Source: Xylographa opegraphella (lineage: Eukaryota). From it: DNA of 64,000 nucleotides. Positions 22,239 to 34,367 of this stretch are shown piece by piece. Each line of letters starts with the position of its first letter. Position 1 is the stretch's first letter. The stretch covers positions 310,001 to 374,000 of the forward strand of contig JALDZX010000005.1 in the NCBI GenBank assembly GCA_022813865.1, in the 5' to 3' direction. A model generated the notes under the pieces. The model saw only the letters and a list, made by a program, of their open reading frames with translations, did not search any database and had not been told where the DNA came from. Both the position numbers and the translations under genes were made by a program.

Positions 22239-23606
22239 ATGCCTCTCGGGATCGAGCGTATCAATGCTCGCCGCCCGCAGCCCAACTCTCGTATCGTCTT
22301 CATCAAACCACTTCCTGGGCCTACAGCTGCTTACGCGCAGGACTTCCTTGAGCGGGTTGCGGCGATATGTCATCCCATCATGAAGGCTAACCATCTCTCT
22401 GTTATGTCTCTCGAAGAATACGAACCAAACCCCGAATTCATCGGACGCAACTTTAACGCGGGAGAAATAATACAGCTGGTCTTGAAGACACCTTATAGTG
22501 GCCACTGGATGAGCTTCCGCAGCGTGGTGATGGTGATGATGCACGAGCTGGCACACTGCGTCCAGATGAATCATTCGGGTGCGTTCTGGAAGGTGCGAAA
22601 TGGCTACGCCGGAGAGATGAGAGAGTTGTGGGCGAAGGGATACACGGGTGATGGGCTGTGGGGAAGAGGCAAAACGCTTCTGAGTGGAGAGTATGAGGGT
22701 AGGGGCGATTTCGAAGCCGGAGAGCTGCCGAGGAGTTTGTGTGGAGGAACTTATCGAACATCGAGGGGACGCAAGAGGAAGAGAAAGGGCGGAGCTGCTG
22801 AGGAGCAGAAACCGTTGACTTATGCGGAGCGGCAACAGAAAAGAATTGCGAAGAAGTTTGGGACGAACGGGGTTACGCTGGGGGACGATGAGGATACGAG
22901 GGTCAAGCTGGAGGATGGGAAAAAGCCCAAGGGCAAGCCTAGAGTTGCGAAAAGTGCCAGGGGGAGAGAATTAAGGGCAGCTGCTGCGCTTGCTCGGTTT
23001 GGTCAGCAGCAAGAGGAAGTCAAAGCGGAACAGGAAGAAGGTGATAATACCAGCGACACTGAGAGCGATTACGATGACACGAATGTCAAAGCTGAGGATG
23101 CACTTGACTTGAACGGATCCAAGCTCCTTGACGGCAAGGGCCATGGGATGATCAAAGTCTGTGAAGAGGAGGACATTGATGATGTGCATGTAAAGGAGGA
23201 AATGCAGGAGCTACGAGACATCAATGATATCGCGGCTGCGTCGGAGAAGACCGAGCATGCAACCAACATAGCGCAGAAGCAATTACTACCTCATAAACAC
23301 AACTACAATCAGGGTCTCTCCAAGGAAGCGCCCGTGCAGTTGCCGAAGAAGACATCAATCCCAGAAACGACACCTATAACAGATACAATTCCGCTAAATG
23401 GATCTAACTTCGATTTGACCTGTCCAGTGTGTTCTATGAGCAACGATCCTTCGTCGTTGCTTTGCATGGCATGTTCACATGTCCTTGACATACGCAAGAT
23501 GCCTCGACATTGGAAATGTAAGAGTGAGATGTGCGTAGGAAGTTTCTATGTCAATTCAGAAGACTACGGATTATGTGGTGTCTGCGGAACCCGAAAGCCT
23601 GATTAA
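22239..23606 (+). CDS. WLM-domain (Wss1-like) metalloprotease with C-terminal zinc fingers
   Basis: EFIGRNFNAGEIIQLVLK and MMHELAHCVQMNHSGAFW (HExxH); C-terminal CPVC..CMAC and CKS..C..CGVC. Confidence 0.92.
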   Translation: MPLGIERINARRPQPNSRIVFIKPLPGPTAAYAQDFLERVAAICHPIMKANHLSVMSLEEYEPNPEFIGRNFNAGEIIQLVLKTPYSGHWMSFRSVVMVMMHELAHCVQMNHSGAFWKVRNGYAGEMRELWAKGYTGDGLWGRGKTLLSGEYEGRGDFEAGELPRSLCGGTYRTSRGRKRKRKGGAAEEQKPLTYAERQQKRIAKKFGTNGVTLGDDEDTRVKLEDGKKPKGKPRVAKSARGRELRAAAALARFGQQQEEVKAEQEEGDNTSDTESDYDDTNVKAEDALDLNGSKLLDGKGHGMIKVCEEEDIDDVHVKEEMQELRDINDIAAASEKTEHATNIAQKQLLPHKHNYNQGLSKEAPVQLPKKTSIPETTPITDTIPLNGSNFDLTCPVCSMSNDPSSLLCMACSHVLDIRKMPRHWKCKSEMCVGSFYVNSEDYGLCGVCGTRKPD

Positions 23607-24136
23607 TGATGGATTGCGTTTTCTGACGATACATCCGATGATAGACCCAATAGTTACTGCCATTGCTCTAAAGCATTGTCAACGGCGTAAGACATCAACC
23701 TACGGTACCTACAATCCCGATTTCGTACTAAGGACGAAAACCATTGGGCCTGTTGAGGTATGTATGATATTACTTAATTACCTGCGAAATCAGCTCAACC
23801 ATATCGTAAGTCACTTCACATATGCATCTCTGTCACGGAAAGGCTTCGTATGTTTGTCTATCTGACCGATATAGAAGCTCATTGCCGTGTGGTTGATGGC
23901 CATGATCTTCGACCTTATGCCGAGGAACGAAAATGGAAATCGTAAAAATTTCAGTCATCGGGAGCGGTTCACAAATCGACTGTTCCGACTATTGTTTCAG
24001 TGTTGAAGTTCGTGGATCTCGTAGGTGCAGCAGCTGATCATGGCTCTTTCCTTGTGATTAGTCGCCACGTGCAGCAAGGGCAACAACATGGGCTATTCTA
24101 CATTCCTCTTCTACATTTCCCTTCATTGCTTTCCAT

Positions 24137-25240
24137 ATGACAGATATCGAAATGTTCACCTACCTACCGTCCCTCGTCTTGCTCCTCCAGACTTCGTTAC
24201 CCTTTTTAGAACTCTCCGCCGCTTCTACCGCTGCTTTCCCGTACCATTCTTATACTGCCATTGGTGACTCCTATGCTGCTGGAGTCGGCTCCGCCACCCT
24301 GATCACCTCATGCGCGCCGAATTCAGACTGCGACGGAACATGCCTTCGCAACACAGGATCGTTTGGCTATATGCTGAACCAGATCTGGCAACCTGCATCA
24401 TTCCAATTTAATGCTTGCTCAGGTGCGAACACTTCCACTTGCCCAGCCTACCAGATCAACTCCACGACTGCAGACTTTAGCGCTCCAGACCTCGTGTCGC
24501 TAGTCCTTGGAGGAGACGACGGCCAAGCTTTCGTGTCCATTGTCTACAACTGCGTCTACATCAGAGACATCCCTATCCTACGCACTGAGTCCTGCCAAGA
24601 TGCAACGGCAAACGCAATGATGGTGTACAATGGGCCTCTACAAGCCAATTTAGAAGCAGCCATCCGGGACGCCCAGACCAAAAATCTGCCACTCAACGGC
24701 ACCCAAAAGAGAACCGTCCTCGTGTTCGGTTACGCTCGCTTCTACAACACCACCAACCCAGCCTCCTACTGCGAAGTCGACACCGACCATCCTTCTCCCG
24801 GCCCAGATGGCTTGCGTGCGCGCATCAATACCGGTGTTCTTCAGATCAACGGCATCATCGCCGCGGCAGCCACTGCGCAAGGTGCCACATATGTCGACGT
24901 GGATGCCGGCTTCGAAGGGCACCGCTTCTGCGACGCAGGCGGCGACCCGTGGTTCATCAACAAGCCCCTGACAGGCGGCCTGGCGACTATAGTGGACGAC
25001 ATCGAGAACGGCATAGGACTGCCGCCGGGGGGGCTGCCGGATTCTTTCGGAGTGGAGAATGTGGCGGACGAGAGCTTTCATCCGACTTTGCAGGGCCAGA
25101 TGGTGTATCTGGCGGCTATGGAGGCGGCGTTGGGGTTGAGGGACGTGACCGGTGGTGGTGTTAAGCGGGCAGCTGGGCCGGGAATGATGGGCTTTGAGGG
25201 ACGAGCGCTGCAGATAGTGGGGGTTGGGTTGGTGCTGTAG
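24137..25240 (+). CDS. Secreted SGNH/GDSL hydrolase (Streptomyces esterase-like)
   Basis: Signal peptide; AIGDSYAAG, ACSGA, LGGDD (N replaced by D), FEGHRFC and SFHPT motifs. Confidence 0.9.
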   Translation: MTDIEMFTYLPSLVLLLQTSLPFLELSAASTAAFPYHSYTAIGDSYAAGVGSATLITSCAPNSDCDGTCLRNTGSFGYMLNQIWQPASFQFNACSGANTSTCPAYQINSTTADFSAPDLVSLVLGGDDGQAFVSIVYNCVYIRDIPILRTESCQDATANAMMVYNGPLQANLEAAIRDAQTKNLPLNGTQKRTVLVFGYARFYNTTNPASYCEVDTDHPSPGPDGLRARINTGVLQINGIIAAAATAQGATYVDVDAGFEGHRFCDAGGDPWFINKPLTGGLATIVDDIENGIGLPPGGLPDSFGVENVADESFHPTLQGQMVYLAAMEAALGLRDVTGGGVKRAAGPGMMGFEGRALQIVGVGLVL

Positions 25241-25818
25241 TAGAGATACTATGTGCAGTAACCGATGGTAAGGAAGAGTGCATCTTGGCGAACCAAATCG
25301 TTTTGGAGAAGCTGCGTTGTCAACGATTCCCTTCTAGCGGCTGGGTTGAGAGATGTGCAGCCAATGCGAGGTCGAGATCGACTCATGTATTGTTAGCGCA
25401 GCAAAGCTTAGTCCTGAGATAAAACAACTGTTACGCGGATTTTCAGCATTCGTTCAATAGCGAGGTTGACATTCACCCCACCGGGTAGCTAAGCTATTCT
25501 GACATTAGTATTATTCTAGTGCAAGTTTGTAATTTTCGATAGTTGATTGTATAAACAGTCCGACAGTAATATTATTTCATTAACGGTTAGTGCTTGATCT
25601 TGCAGAAGTAACGTGAAGATCGACTCCCTTGCTTTGCCTCCAGGCTCCCGGACAGTTTGAGTAAACTGCCAAGCATTGCTCACGCTGTAGCTTACCGCAG
25701 TACCTTATCTTAGACGAGCTAGGCGCGATCAGCCGCCTCAAGGACCATCCCTGTCAACTTCGACTGTGGACGTCCGAACATCTTTAATCGTATTTGTACA
25801 GTCCACAGGTCTTTCACC

Positions 25819-27003
25819 ATGGCAGACTTGGAGGTCCCCAACCAAAGCACCAATCCAGACGACGGAAATCGTCCAGCCAAGAGGCGAAAGTTCTACCGCA
25901 GGCGAGCAGAAAGCGAACAGGAAGATCCAGCTCCGGCGCCTCTAAACACCCTGCCCCAACAACCCGCATTGACGCTCGACGAACTCATCACTTCCGAAGG
26001 CGTTGCTCCCGAACCCTCTTCGCCCGATACAGATCCTCAGCACTCGGTCGCTGAGATCCTGCGGCGGCGCAAAGCCGCGCAGCGCAAACGAGCTGGGATC
26101 GAGTTCTCGAACAGCTCCAACGCCGCACCGTACCATGCGGCCTCGCAGTTCAGTAGCGCTTCGACCACAGCGGAGAGCATACCGTCCGCCATCGACGCGG
26201 TGATCAACCGCTTCACGCCGCAGACGGGCCACGTCGTCGACGTCGATAACAAGCACATGTACGTCCTGCCGCGCATCGATCCGCCCTGACAGAGAGAGCG
26301 AGATGCAGCGACTGACGTATCAAGGATGGCATATATAGATTCCGAGCTAGCTAAGCGACGCCACGGTCAAGGGGCCGCAGACGCGGTGGCGAGTGGGTAC
26401 GCCAACGGCGTCGCCGGTCCTGGGGTGGCGGATCTGGGAATCCAGCGCCAGCCCGCGGCGCTGGGGAAACTGCTTGAAATCGATCTGGGGCCCGATGCGA
26501 CGCTGAGGAATATTGCACGTACAGAGGCGGCGAAGAGGAGGCTGGAAGGGGGGGAGGTGGAAGTGGAGGAGGGAACTGGGAAGGTGCGGTTGCGGAAAGA
26601 CGGGAAGCCATTCCGGTCAAGGAGGAGGCGCAATAGCGACGATGTGAAGAGGGACAAGTTGGTAGAGGAGGTGCTACGGGAAAGTAGATGTGAGGCTATA
26701 TCCTCGAAGCGCGAAGACGCGTGGGTGCTGACAGCAGCAGTGGAAATCTACGATGAGCCAGACGACGAAGACGTGAACGATGACCAGGCGGCGGACGATC
26801 GGATCGCAGAGCAGTTCAGGCGGGAGTTCATGGACGCGATATCGTCGAGGAGGCAGCGTACTGGAGCGTCGACAACAGCGAAGTCAGTTAAGGGACAGAA
26901 GGTGGATGACAAACCTAGGGGACCGAAGCTGGGAGGTAGCAGAAGCGCGAGAGCGGCGATGAGAGAGCTGCAGGAGAAGGCGGAAAAGGCAGCGAAGAAA
27001 TAG
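25819..27003 (+). CDS. Hep_59 / C9orf78 / Tls1 family splicing-associated protein
   Basis: RFTPQTG..VDNKHM|MAYIDSELAKR, LLEIDLG and DDRIAEQFR motifs; two introns. Confidence 0.85.
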
Positions 27004-27116
27004 CTCCCACCCAAAGAATCTATTACGTCTGATCCAAGTCTCAGATCGAGTCAGAAATATTCTGCCTTCGATTACGATGATGGTTATCCAGAAATAAGTG
27101 CTCCGACACGCCCCGC

Positions 27117-28196
27117 TCAGACCCCTGCTTCTTCGGCTGGAACGTCGAGGTTCCAATCAATCTCTCCATCCTCTCCATACCTCTCCTTCAACCACACATT
27201 CGCCTTTTTGAAATGCCCACAGTCGAACTGGTTGGCTCCGTTAGCCAGCACTCCCATCCCCTTACCGAAGAAGCAGGTTACTCACGAAGCCGTTCGCGGC
27301 GCTAAAGGGACTCGGATGCACGCTCTCCAACACGCAATGTTTCGCCTTCGAAACGCCCTTCACCCGCTTCTTGGCCGGCATCCCCCATGCCAGGAACACG
27401 ACGCCCTTGGTGCGCACCTTGGCCACCGTGTCGATGACCTTCTGCGTGAACTCCTCCCACCCGTGGTTCGCGTGGCTGTTCGCGTTGTGGGCTCGCACCG
27501 TCAGGCACGTGTTGAGCATCAGCACGCCGCGGTCCGCCCACGGCGTCAGCAGCCCGCCGTTCTTGGGTGGGGGCGTGAAGGTCGGGTAGTCCTTCTTGAT
27601 GGCGGTGTAGATGTTCTTGAGGGAGGGAGGGGCGGGCGTCGGGGGCCGGACGGAGAAGCAGAGCCCGTGGGCTTGGTTCACGTTGTGGTACGGGTCCTGG
27701 CCGAGGATAACGGCTTTGACGGTCGGGAGGGGCGTGTGCCGGGACCTGCGGTTGCGAATTAGAAATCGCCCTTCCGTCAGAAGAAGGGAATTTGGGCAGG
27801 GAAAGCCGGGCAGAGAGGGCGTGCGGACCATGAATACACGTCTTCGAGCGGCGGGAAGATCTGCTTGCCGTCCTCCTTCTCCTTCTTCAGGAAGCGCTTC
27901 AGGTTCAGGAACTTTTCCATCAGCATGTCGTCCTTCAAATGGGCCAGCCAGCTCTCGTGGAGGGTGTCGATTTCAAGCTGCAGGAGCGATCTTTGCTCCT
28001 CCGTGAGCTTGGCGACCCACGCATCCTTGTCGAACTTTACCGTCGGAGCTGGAGCCGCGGACGAGGTCGTGGAGTCGGTGGACGAGGCTTTGGGAGCGCC
28101 GAAGAATGACGTGATGCTGCCGTTGGCTTTGGGTTTCTTCGCGTCGGCGGCGGCGAGGTCCGTCGCTTTGCGCTTCAGAGCCGCAGCCATTCTCAT
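27117..28196 (-). CDS. UNG1: Uracil-DNA glycosylase
   Basis: VILGQDPYH, AHGLCFSV, LNTCLTVRAH and HPSPFSA motifs; last exon FDCGHFKKAN..EIDW; two introns. Confidence 0.97.
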
Positions 28197-29186
28197 GCGA
28201 TATGGTGCGAGGAGGAGAGACAGGTTGGGTTACTATAGATGAATGATTGAGCCTTTTTCGAGAATTGGTGTAGCGAAGAAGATGCGATCTGAGCGACGCG
28301 TCTGGCGCGTCTCCGATAAATTGACTAAGATAACCCCTGCGATAAGACTATAAGCAGGATGGAAACTACGCGTCCACGGCGTTGGCCTCAGTATATATGG
28401 AGGCATGGAAATTGGCCTCCCAAGGCTGCTTCACTCCCAACTGTCCCTGTACAATAATAGGACTATAAGAACGATGGAAAACTACTAGCGTAGTGTGCTC
28501 TCTTGAAATTTTAGCGCAAGGGACATTTATCGATCTTCTCCCAGAGGTCTGAACACTGATAAACATCGCACTCCAAGCCTTCCTCTGGTCGTTGCGTTAT
28601 CGATCCACTTCTTCCTAAGCTCTATGCGGACAGTCAGGCAACTGTAGTGTCGATGTTGGCTATGTTAGCGCTACCACATGCAATCCAAGTCCCTGCCTCG
28701 CCATCCCCTTTCCCGGCCTGGGCGGAAGCGGCGTTCGATGGTCGGCGGGCACACATCCATACGTTGTAGGATGCATGTCTACCAGCATTTGCACCGAAAG
28801 CATGGCTAAAGGACTTCGGATTGCAGTGGAGTGTGAAGGTAATCAGTACTTCACATAGCGCGGTCTTGAGTAAAGGAGAGGAGGCAGCGGAGCTCGTAGC
28901 CGGGTTTGCAAATCAATCGAGTAGGTGATATCAGATACAAGATAGGTTGTGGGGGAAAAACTGACTGGAAGCTTTGAGCAGCTTTCTATTCCCATGACGT
29001 GAGTCTGTCTGGAGTTTTCCAAAAGTGGATACATCATTGTGTTACGTGGAGGAGAGATGTCAGCATGGATGCCATTAACTACGGAAAATATCAATTCCCA
29101 TCAATATATGATCAGAAAGAACCTAGAGTGGTCTTAACAATGCTAAAGTATCTCGCTTAGCTCAGCTTACGCGAATAGTTTTGTTG

Positions 29187-30284
29187 CTATGCCTTCATCT
29201 TCAAGATTTCCCTCTCAATGGCATTCCCAAAGCTGGCCGTAGTACCCTTGCCTCCCATATCCGCGGTGATAACTTCTGATGCGCCAGAGGCAAGTACATT
29301 CTCAATGGCCTTTAGCATAGCTCCCGCTGCCTCCTTATGCCCGAAGTGCTCCAGCATCATTTGCCCGGCCCATATCATGCCCACTGGATTCGCAATGCCT
29401 TTGCCGGCTATATCAGGTGCCGAGCCATGGACAGGCTCAAAAAGCGAAGGAAACTTGCCTTCAGGATTGATGTTTCCGGACGGCGCTATTCCGATAGTCC
29501 CTGTGCAAGCGGGTCCGAGATCGGAAAGGATATCTCCAAACAAGTTCGAGCCGACAATGACATCGAAAAAATCCGGCTTCTGCACAATATGGGCGCAGAG
29601 GATGTCGATGTGGAACTTGTCGGTTCGTACCTCAGGGTAGTGACTTTGCATCTCTCTGACTCTCTCGTCCCAATACGGCATTGTGATTGAGATCCCGTTG
29701 GATTTAGTAGCAGAGGTTAAGTGAGCCTTTGGCCGCGTCTTCGCCAGTTCGAAAGCGTATTTGAGCACCCTGTCGACCCCAATACGGGTCATGATAGTCT
29801 CCTGGGTGACAAATTCTCGATCTGTACCTTCGAAGATTCTGCCGCCAATGGACGAGTACTCCCCTTCGGTATTCTCTCTAACCACCCAAAAGTCGATGTC
29901 GCCAGGCTTCCGGTTAGCAAGTGGACATTTCACTCCTGGCATTAGTCTGCATGGTCTAAGATTGATGTACTGATCAAAGACTCGTCTGAACTGTAACAGA
30001 GATCCCCATAAAGAGATATGATCAGGCACCACATCAGGAAGCCCGACGGCTCCAAAATAAATGGCGTCGAAGCGGGAGAGGGTCTCTTTCCAGTCTTTCG
30101 GAAGCATGTCCCCATGTTTTTTGTAGTATTCGCAAGACGCGAAGTCGAATGACTCGAATTGCAGTTCGAGATTGTAAAGTTTGACGGCCGCTTCAAGGCA
30201 CTTAATGCCATATGGCATGACTTCTATCCCAATGCCATCGCCAGGGATCACCGCAATTTTCAGAGACTTTTTCGGGTCTGACAT
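29187..30284 (-). CDS. Tartrate dehydrogenase/decarboxylase (D-malate dehydrogenase family), intronless
   Basis: IPGDGIGIEV, VVRENTEGEY, SATKSNGISITMPYWD, NLFGDILSDL and EPVHGSAPDIAGKGIANP motifs. Confidence 0.93.
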   Translation of the reverse strand: MSDPKKSLKIAVIPGDGIGIEVMPYGIKCLEAAVKLYNLELQFESFDFASCEYYKKHGDMLPKDWKETLSRFDAIYFGAVGLPDVVPDHISLWGSLLQFRRVFDQYINLRPCRLMPGVKCPLANRKPGDIDFWVVRENTEGEYSSIGGRIFEGTDREFVTQETIMTRIGVDRVLKYAFELAKTRPKAHLTSATKSNGISITMPYWDERVREMQSHYPEVRTDKFHIDILCAHIVQKPDFFDVIVGSNLFGDILSDLGPACTGTIGIAPSGNINPEGKFPSLFEPVHGSAPDIAGKGIANPVGMIWAGQMMLEHFGHKEAAGAMLKAIENVLASGASEVITADMGGKGTTASFGNAIEREILKMKA

Positions 30285-30722
30285 TTGGTTTACCTAGATA
30301 TCAACCTGGTAGTATCACGAGTGGTTCTTAATCTTTTTGAATGGATAGATGTGAAGTATCTCTGAGTCGGGGGAGATCAGCGATATTCTCAGTATCCTAA
30401 ATGGACCATACGTCATGTGCGGAGAATCTGCATAACACATCCCATACTGAGTACGTATTACGATATGGTAAATTGAGACTTCTAGGGCTACATCACCTTC
30501 TGGAGCCTTTACAGGAGATGCAAGACAATATTTTGTACGGAGTAATCCGTATGGTCGATAGCTCAAGTTGACGTCTGCCGCATAGAAACAGAGCCATATA
30601 AAACCCTCTAACCACTTTTGGTCTAGCGTGATAAAGCATCCTTCAAGCCCAAGCTTCGACCGGTCACGATTGCATCCTGACCATTGCTCAATTGCAGGCC
30701 ACACAGTGATCTGAAGTGTCCA

Positions 30723-31548
30723 ATGTCGTTCCGGCCAATACTGCGCAAGGTAGAGGGTCTCCCCCAAAAACAGATACCCACAGCTGACCCCGACAGCGCG
30801 CAGCCCTCCCTCTAGCACTCACCCTCTTCGCTGGCACAACTCTCCTCGTTCCTAAAACTACACTTCACGCCGAGGGCCCAAGCGAATCAATCGTAGGAGA
30901 TTTCTTCGTTGCTATGTAACGTCACGACAAAGGCCTATCTAACATACGTAGTATCTTCGAAAACCAATATACGATGCCCCGCCTACGAAGAAAGACCCCC
31001 CTGTACCTTCCACCACAACCCGAAGCTCAAATCCTACTCCTACGGACCGCCTCGCAACCCAAATTGGACATGCTCGTGTCTTCCTCCACGCGCGGACACA
31101 AGCAGCCGAGGCTCGCGTCAATGACTTCATGACTCGCGCTCTGCACCTTGAGTCCTCATTCACATCCACCATCGCGTCGCTTGCGCCGCCTCCTCAGGCG
31201 AACGAGCACCTCCTCCCCGGCGGCCTTTATGTCCTTGTTGCCGCAATGGCAGGTTCGATTGTTGCGAGAAATAGAAATATCTTGCTAAGGGCGACTGTAC
31301 CCCTGGCAGTAGGGGTTGGGGCCGCCTGGGTGGTCCTCCCGTACTCGATGCGGAATATTGCAGATCTGGTGTGGGGCTGGGAGGAGAAGGTACCGGTGTT
31401 AGCAGAAAACCATCTAAGGGCGAGGGGGGCGGCGATAGAGGCGTGGAAACATGCGGAAATGAGCGGAGCGACCCTCAGTAGGTGGGCGGATGAGAGGGTC
31501 AGGGAAGGGCGACAAGTGGTGGAGGAGTGGGTGAGTAAGGGCCGATGA
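30723..31548 (+). CDS. MICOS subunit Mic26/Mic27 (apolipoprotein O family), multi-exon
   Basis: KPIYD, TPTDRLA and LPGGLYVLVAAMAGSIVARNRNILLR motifs; two introns near the 5' end. Confidence 0.85.
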
Positions 31549-33338
31549 AGCCAGCATGATTGAGTTTCGTGGTGCAATAGTCCCTTGACGGCTACCGCGT
31601 GTAGTTGCATTAGAGCCAATTACGATGTTCGTGTTTCAGTGGAATTTCATTTGTTTGCCATTGGTACTATATAATAGCGTCTGTCTCACCGCGCAGGTTC
31701 AATATAGTGCGGAGCCGAGCATGCAGCTCATCCTTCATACACTCAAATCAAGCTCGAGCAAGCCACCAAATCATGTACCCAACTAAGCAAGATATCATTT
31801 GGTATATTGAGGCCTATGGAAAATCCTCGAGAGTGATCACAGCGTCGGCCCCGCGCCTGCTCTGTAAAAGTCGTGGCCGCCATGGGGGAAATAGAGAAGC
31901 ATTCCAACGTCCCCCAACTCACAGATACACTTATTTACACGATCGGTAAACGGGGAGCTAGGTGCCATGCGGTAAATATCTTACCGCGTACCGCGCAGAA
32001 GCCTGGCGACCGAGGGCAAAATAAGGGCGGGTCGCATAGGGGAGGTCGCCAAAGAATCCAGTGGGCGTACCTCGGATTTATGGCTGGAATATTGTCCACG
32101 ATAGGAGAAAGACCTAGGCAGATTAAAGTAGGTCAGGTCAGGTATCATGCCGTCTAGCTCATCGAGCAAGATGAACGCTGCCGGGCGTTACCGCTTGATA
32201 GATTGTCATTTGCCGGAGCCAATGGTTGAAGCTAAAATGGTAGGACCACTACTGGAACACTTAGCGGCTCGGTCCCAATAGAGTACCTCGTTTCTTATTC
32301 GCAAATCATCAATGCGTGCTAAGGTACTTTACGTAGTAGACTACCTAGGTACCTATACTGAGAAAATAAGATAAAATACCATCATCGCGAGGTTTGCACA
32401 GGATATACAGAGAGCAAGGGCATGGCCAGGTATAGAAATCCTGTCATCCCAACCGAAAACTAGTATCCAGACGACCTACCCAACATCTCCGATCCTGGGC
32501 AAATCCCATCTCCCTCGGCGTCTATGAACCTACCTGGGGCTTCCCCTTCACGCAGGCCGCACAGGCGCGCGGCTTCGTCGATGTCGACACCGCCAGAGGT
32601 CTCATTCAGCAACATTGCGGGACACGAAGGCGGGTTGGTAATGCTCCTACCGTGCTTCCTGCCAGAGTAAGCGCTAAGCATTCAGCATCTTGACTCCCTA
32701 TGTACCTTACGGTACGGTGTAATCACGCTAAAACAACTACCGCTTCCGGTAGTTCGATACCGGGGTCGGGACGACTTTCTGAATAATCAGCAACACTCGT
32801 GCTGCCTCGAAGGAAGCTGTCACGCCAGGCGATGCGTCCGCTTCACTGGCTCCTTACAACGAAATTTACACACATAGCCCAACGGCGTGTATCCAGCAAT
32901 GCACGCTCGTGCCTTGCTCAGGCAGAGATATCGACTATCTGAAATACAAACAACTGTCTTGGCATTAATCTGTACACGGTACTGGCACACGAAGTCGTGA
33001 TAGGATGCAGTGAAACTGGAGCTATGTCACTGCGCGCATTATTTGTGCCTCCCATTCAGGACGAACCTTGCACGCCGTGAGCGGTGTTGCAGGACGGCTG
33101 TGCTCAATCTCATCACGTATCTCATGCACCAAGGCTCAGGGTCGCGTGGGTGACTCTCCCGAAGGCTTGTATAAAAGTAAAGTGGCATGCTATAATGTCC
33201 TTGACCCTCTCGCCTGTCCCAAGCTTCATCCTTTTGCATTCTCATCGTTGCAAACCTTGAAGCCACAAGCTTCACCAGATCAATCCATTCTTGCGTTCTT
33301 CTTTAGACCGGCAGTTTCTGATTCCACCCACTTCTAAG

Positions 33339-34367
33339 ATGAAGCTTTCAACCGTTGCAGCGTTCCTTGCTTCTGTTTCACTTTCCATAGCTTGCGAAGG
33401 GCAAGGGACTTATGCTTATCATCCTAACGGGTATGATAATGGATATCATTTCAATGACTTGCCACCAATCCCAGGTCTGCCATATCGTGCCACATTCAAC
33501 AATAAGCCTGCCACGTTCAACAATAAGCCTACCAATTTCAACAGCAAGCCTGTCACACTCAACAAAAAGCCTTCAACTCTGGGAAAGCCCACTCAGAAGA
33601 CCTTCCGCCGTGCTCCAGAACACTGCGGTCCCGATATTCCTTATCCTCGCAATGCACCCCTCGCAGCTCGTGGATACTACGATGACGAAGCCGGCCTTGA
33701 TAGCCTCTACGCTCGTGATTCGGAGCTCGACGAGGGGCTGCTTTACCGCAGAGGTGCCGAGGAGTACTACGATCTGCTTGATCTTGAGACCCGCGACGTG
33801 GCAGAAGAGTACGTGACCCTTTTGACAAACGGCAATGGCAGTTTGAGTAGCGGCGGAGCGGGCGGCCCACATCTACCGGCCGGCTTGGACTCCAGCGCAT
33901 ATCACATGTTTCTCCGTCTGAATACCATTCCCAAAGCATACCCCCCTTTCGGCAGCGTTGATCACGCCGGCTTGAACGAGCTCATGGCTGACTTGGGTGG
34001 ACAGCATGTAGACGTGGTTTATGGTAATCCTTGGACCGGCTTCAACGAATGCGGCCTCGTTCTCGTCGATATGGCCTGGACGAAAACACATTCCAATGCA
34101 GATGGCTACCCTGTCATGGCTCAGTGCTCAAGATTGTATCTGAGGGGAAGGGATGAATACACGTATGTTGGTCAATACTCTGGCGGAAATGTCGAGAGGT
34201 TATGTAAGGCAGTCCACCTCACCCAGGCTTCAGCACGTATTATGCTCGAAGACTGCTAACTTGTTCATATAGCCAAAGCTCTTCTTAGCGGCAAAACCTA
34301 TAACCACCGGTCCTTTCATTGCGCTACCTTTGTCGAGCAACTTCTCCAGGTTATGGGGTTTCCGTGA
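33339..34367 (+). CDS. Secreted protein with Kex2-type propeptide, heptapeptide repeats and possible permuted papain-like C-terminal domain
   Basis: Signal peptide MKLSTVAAFLASVSLSIA; FRR/LAAR/LYAR/LYRR/LETR sites; intron 34205-34272; last exon KALLSGKTYNHRSFHCATFVEQLLQVMGFP; TATAAAA at ~33170. Confidence 0.8.
33489..33590 (+). repeat. Coding 21-bp tandem repeat (4 copies plus a partial copy)
   Basis: gccacattcaacaataagcct-type units encoding ATFNNKP/ATFNNKP/TNFNSKP/VTLNKKP/STLGKP. Confidence 0.85.

Noticed and set aside
32735..32775. GTTCGA T-loop-like word suggesting a tRNA
   Set aside because: No cloverleaf or acceptor stem could be built.
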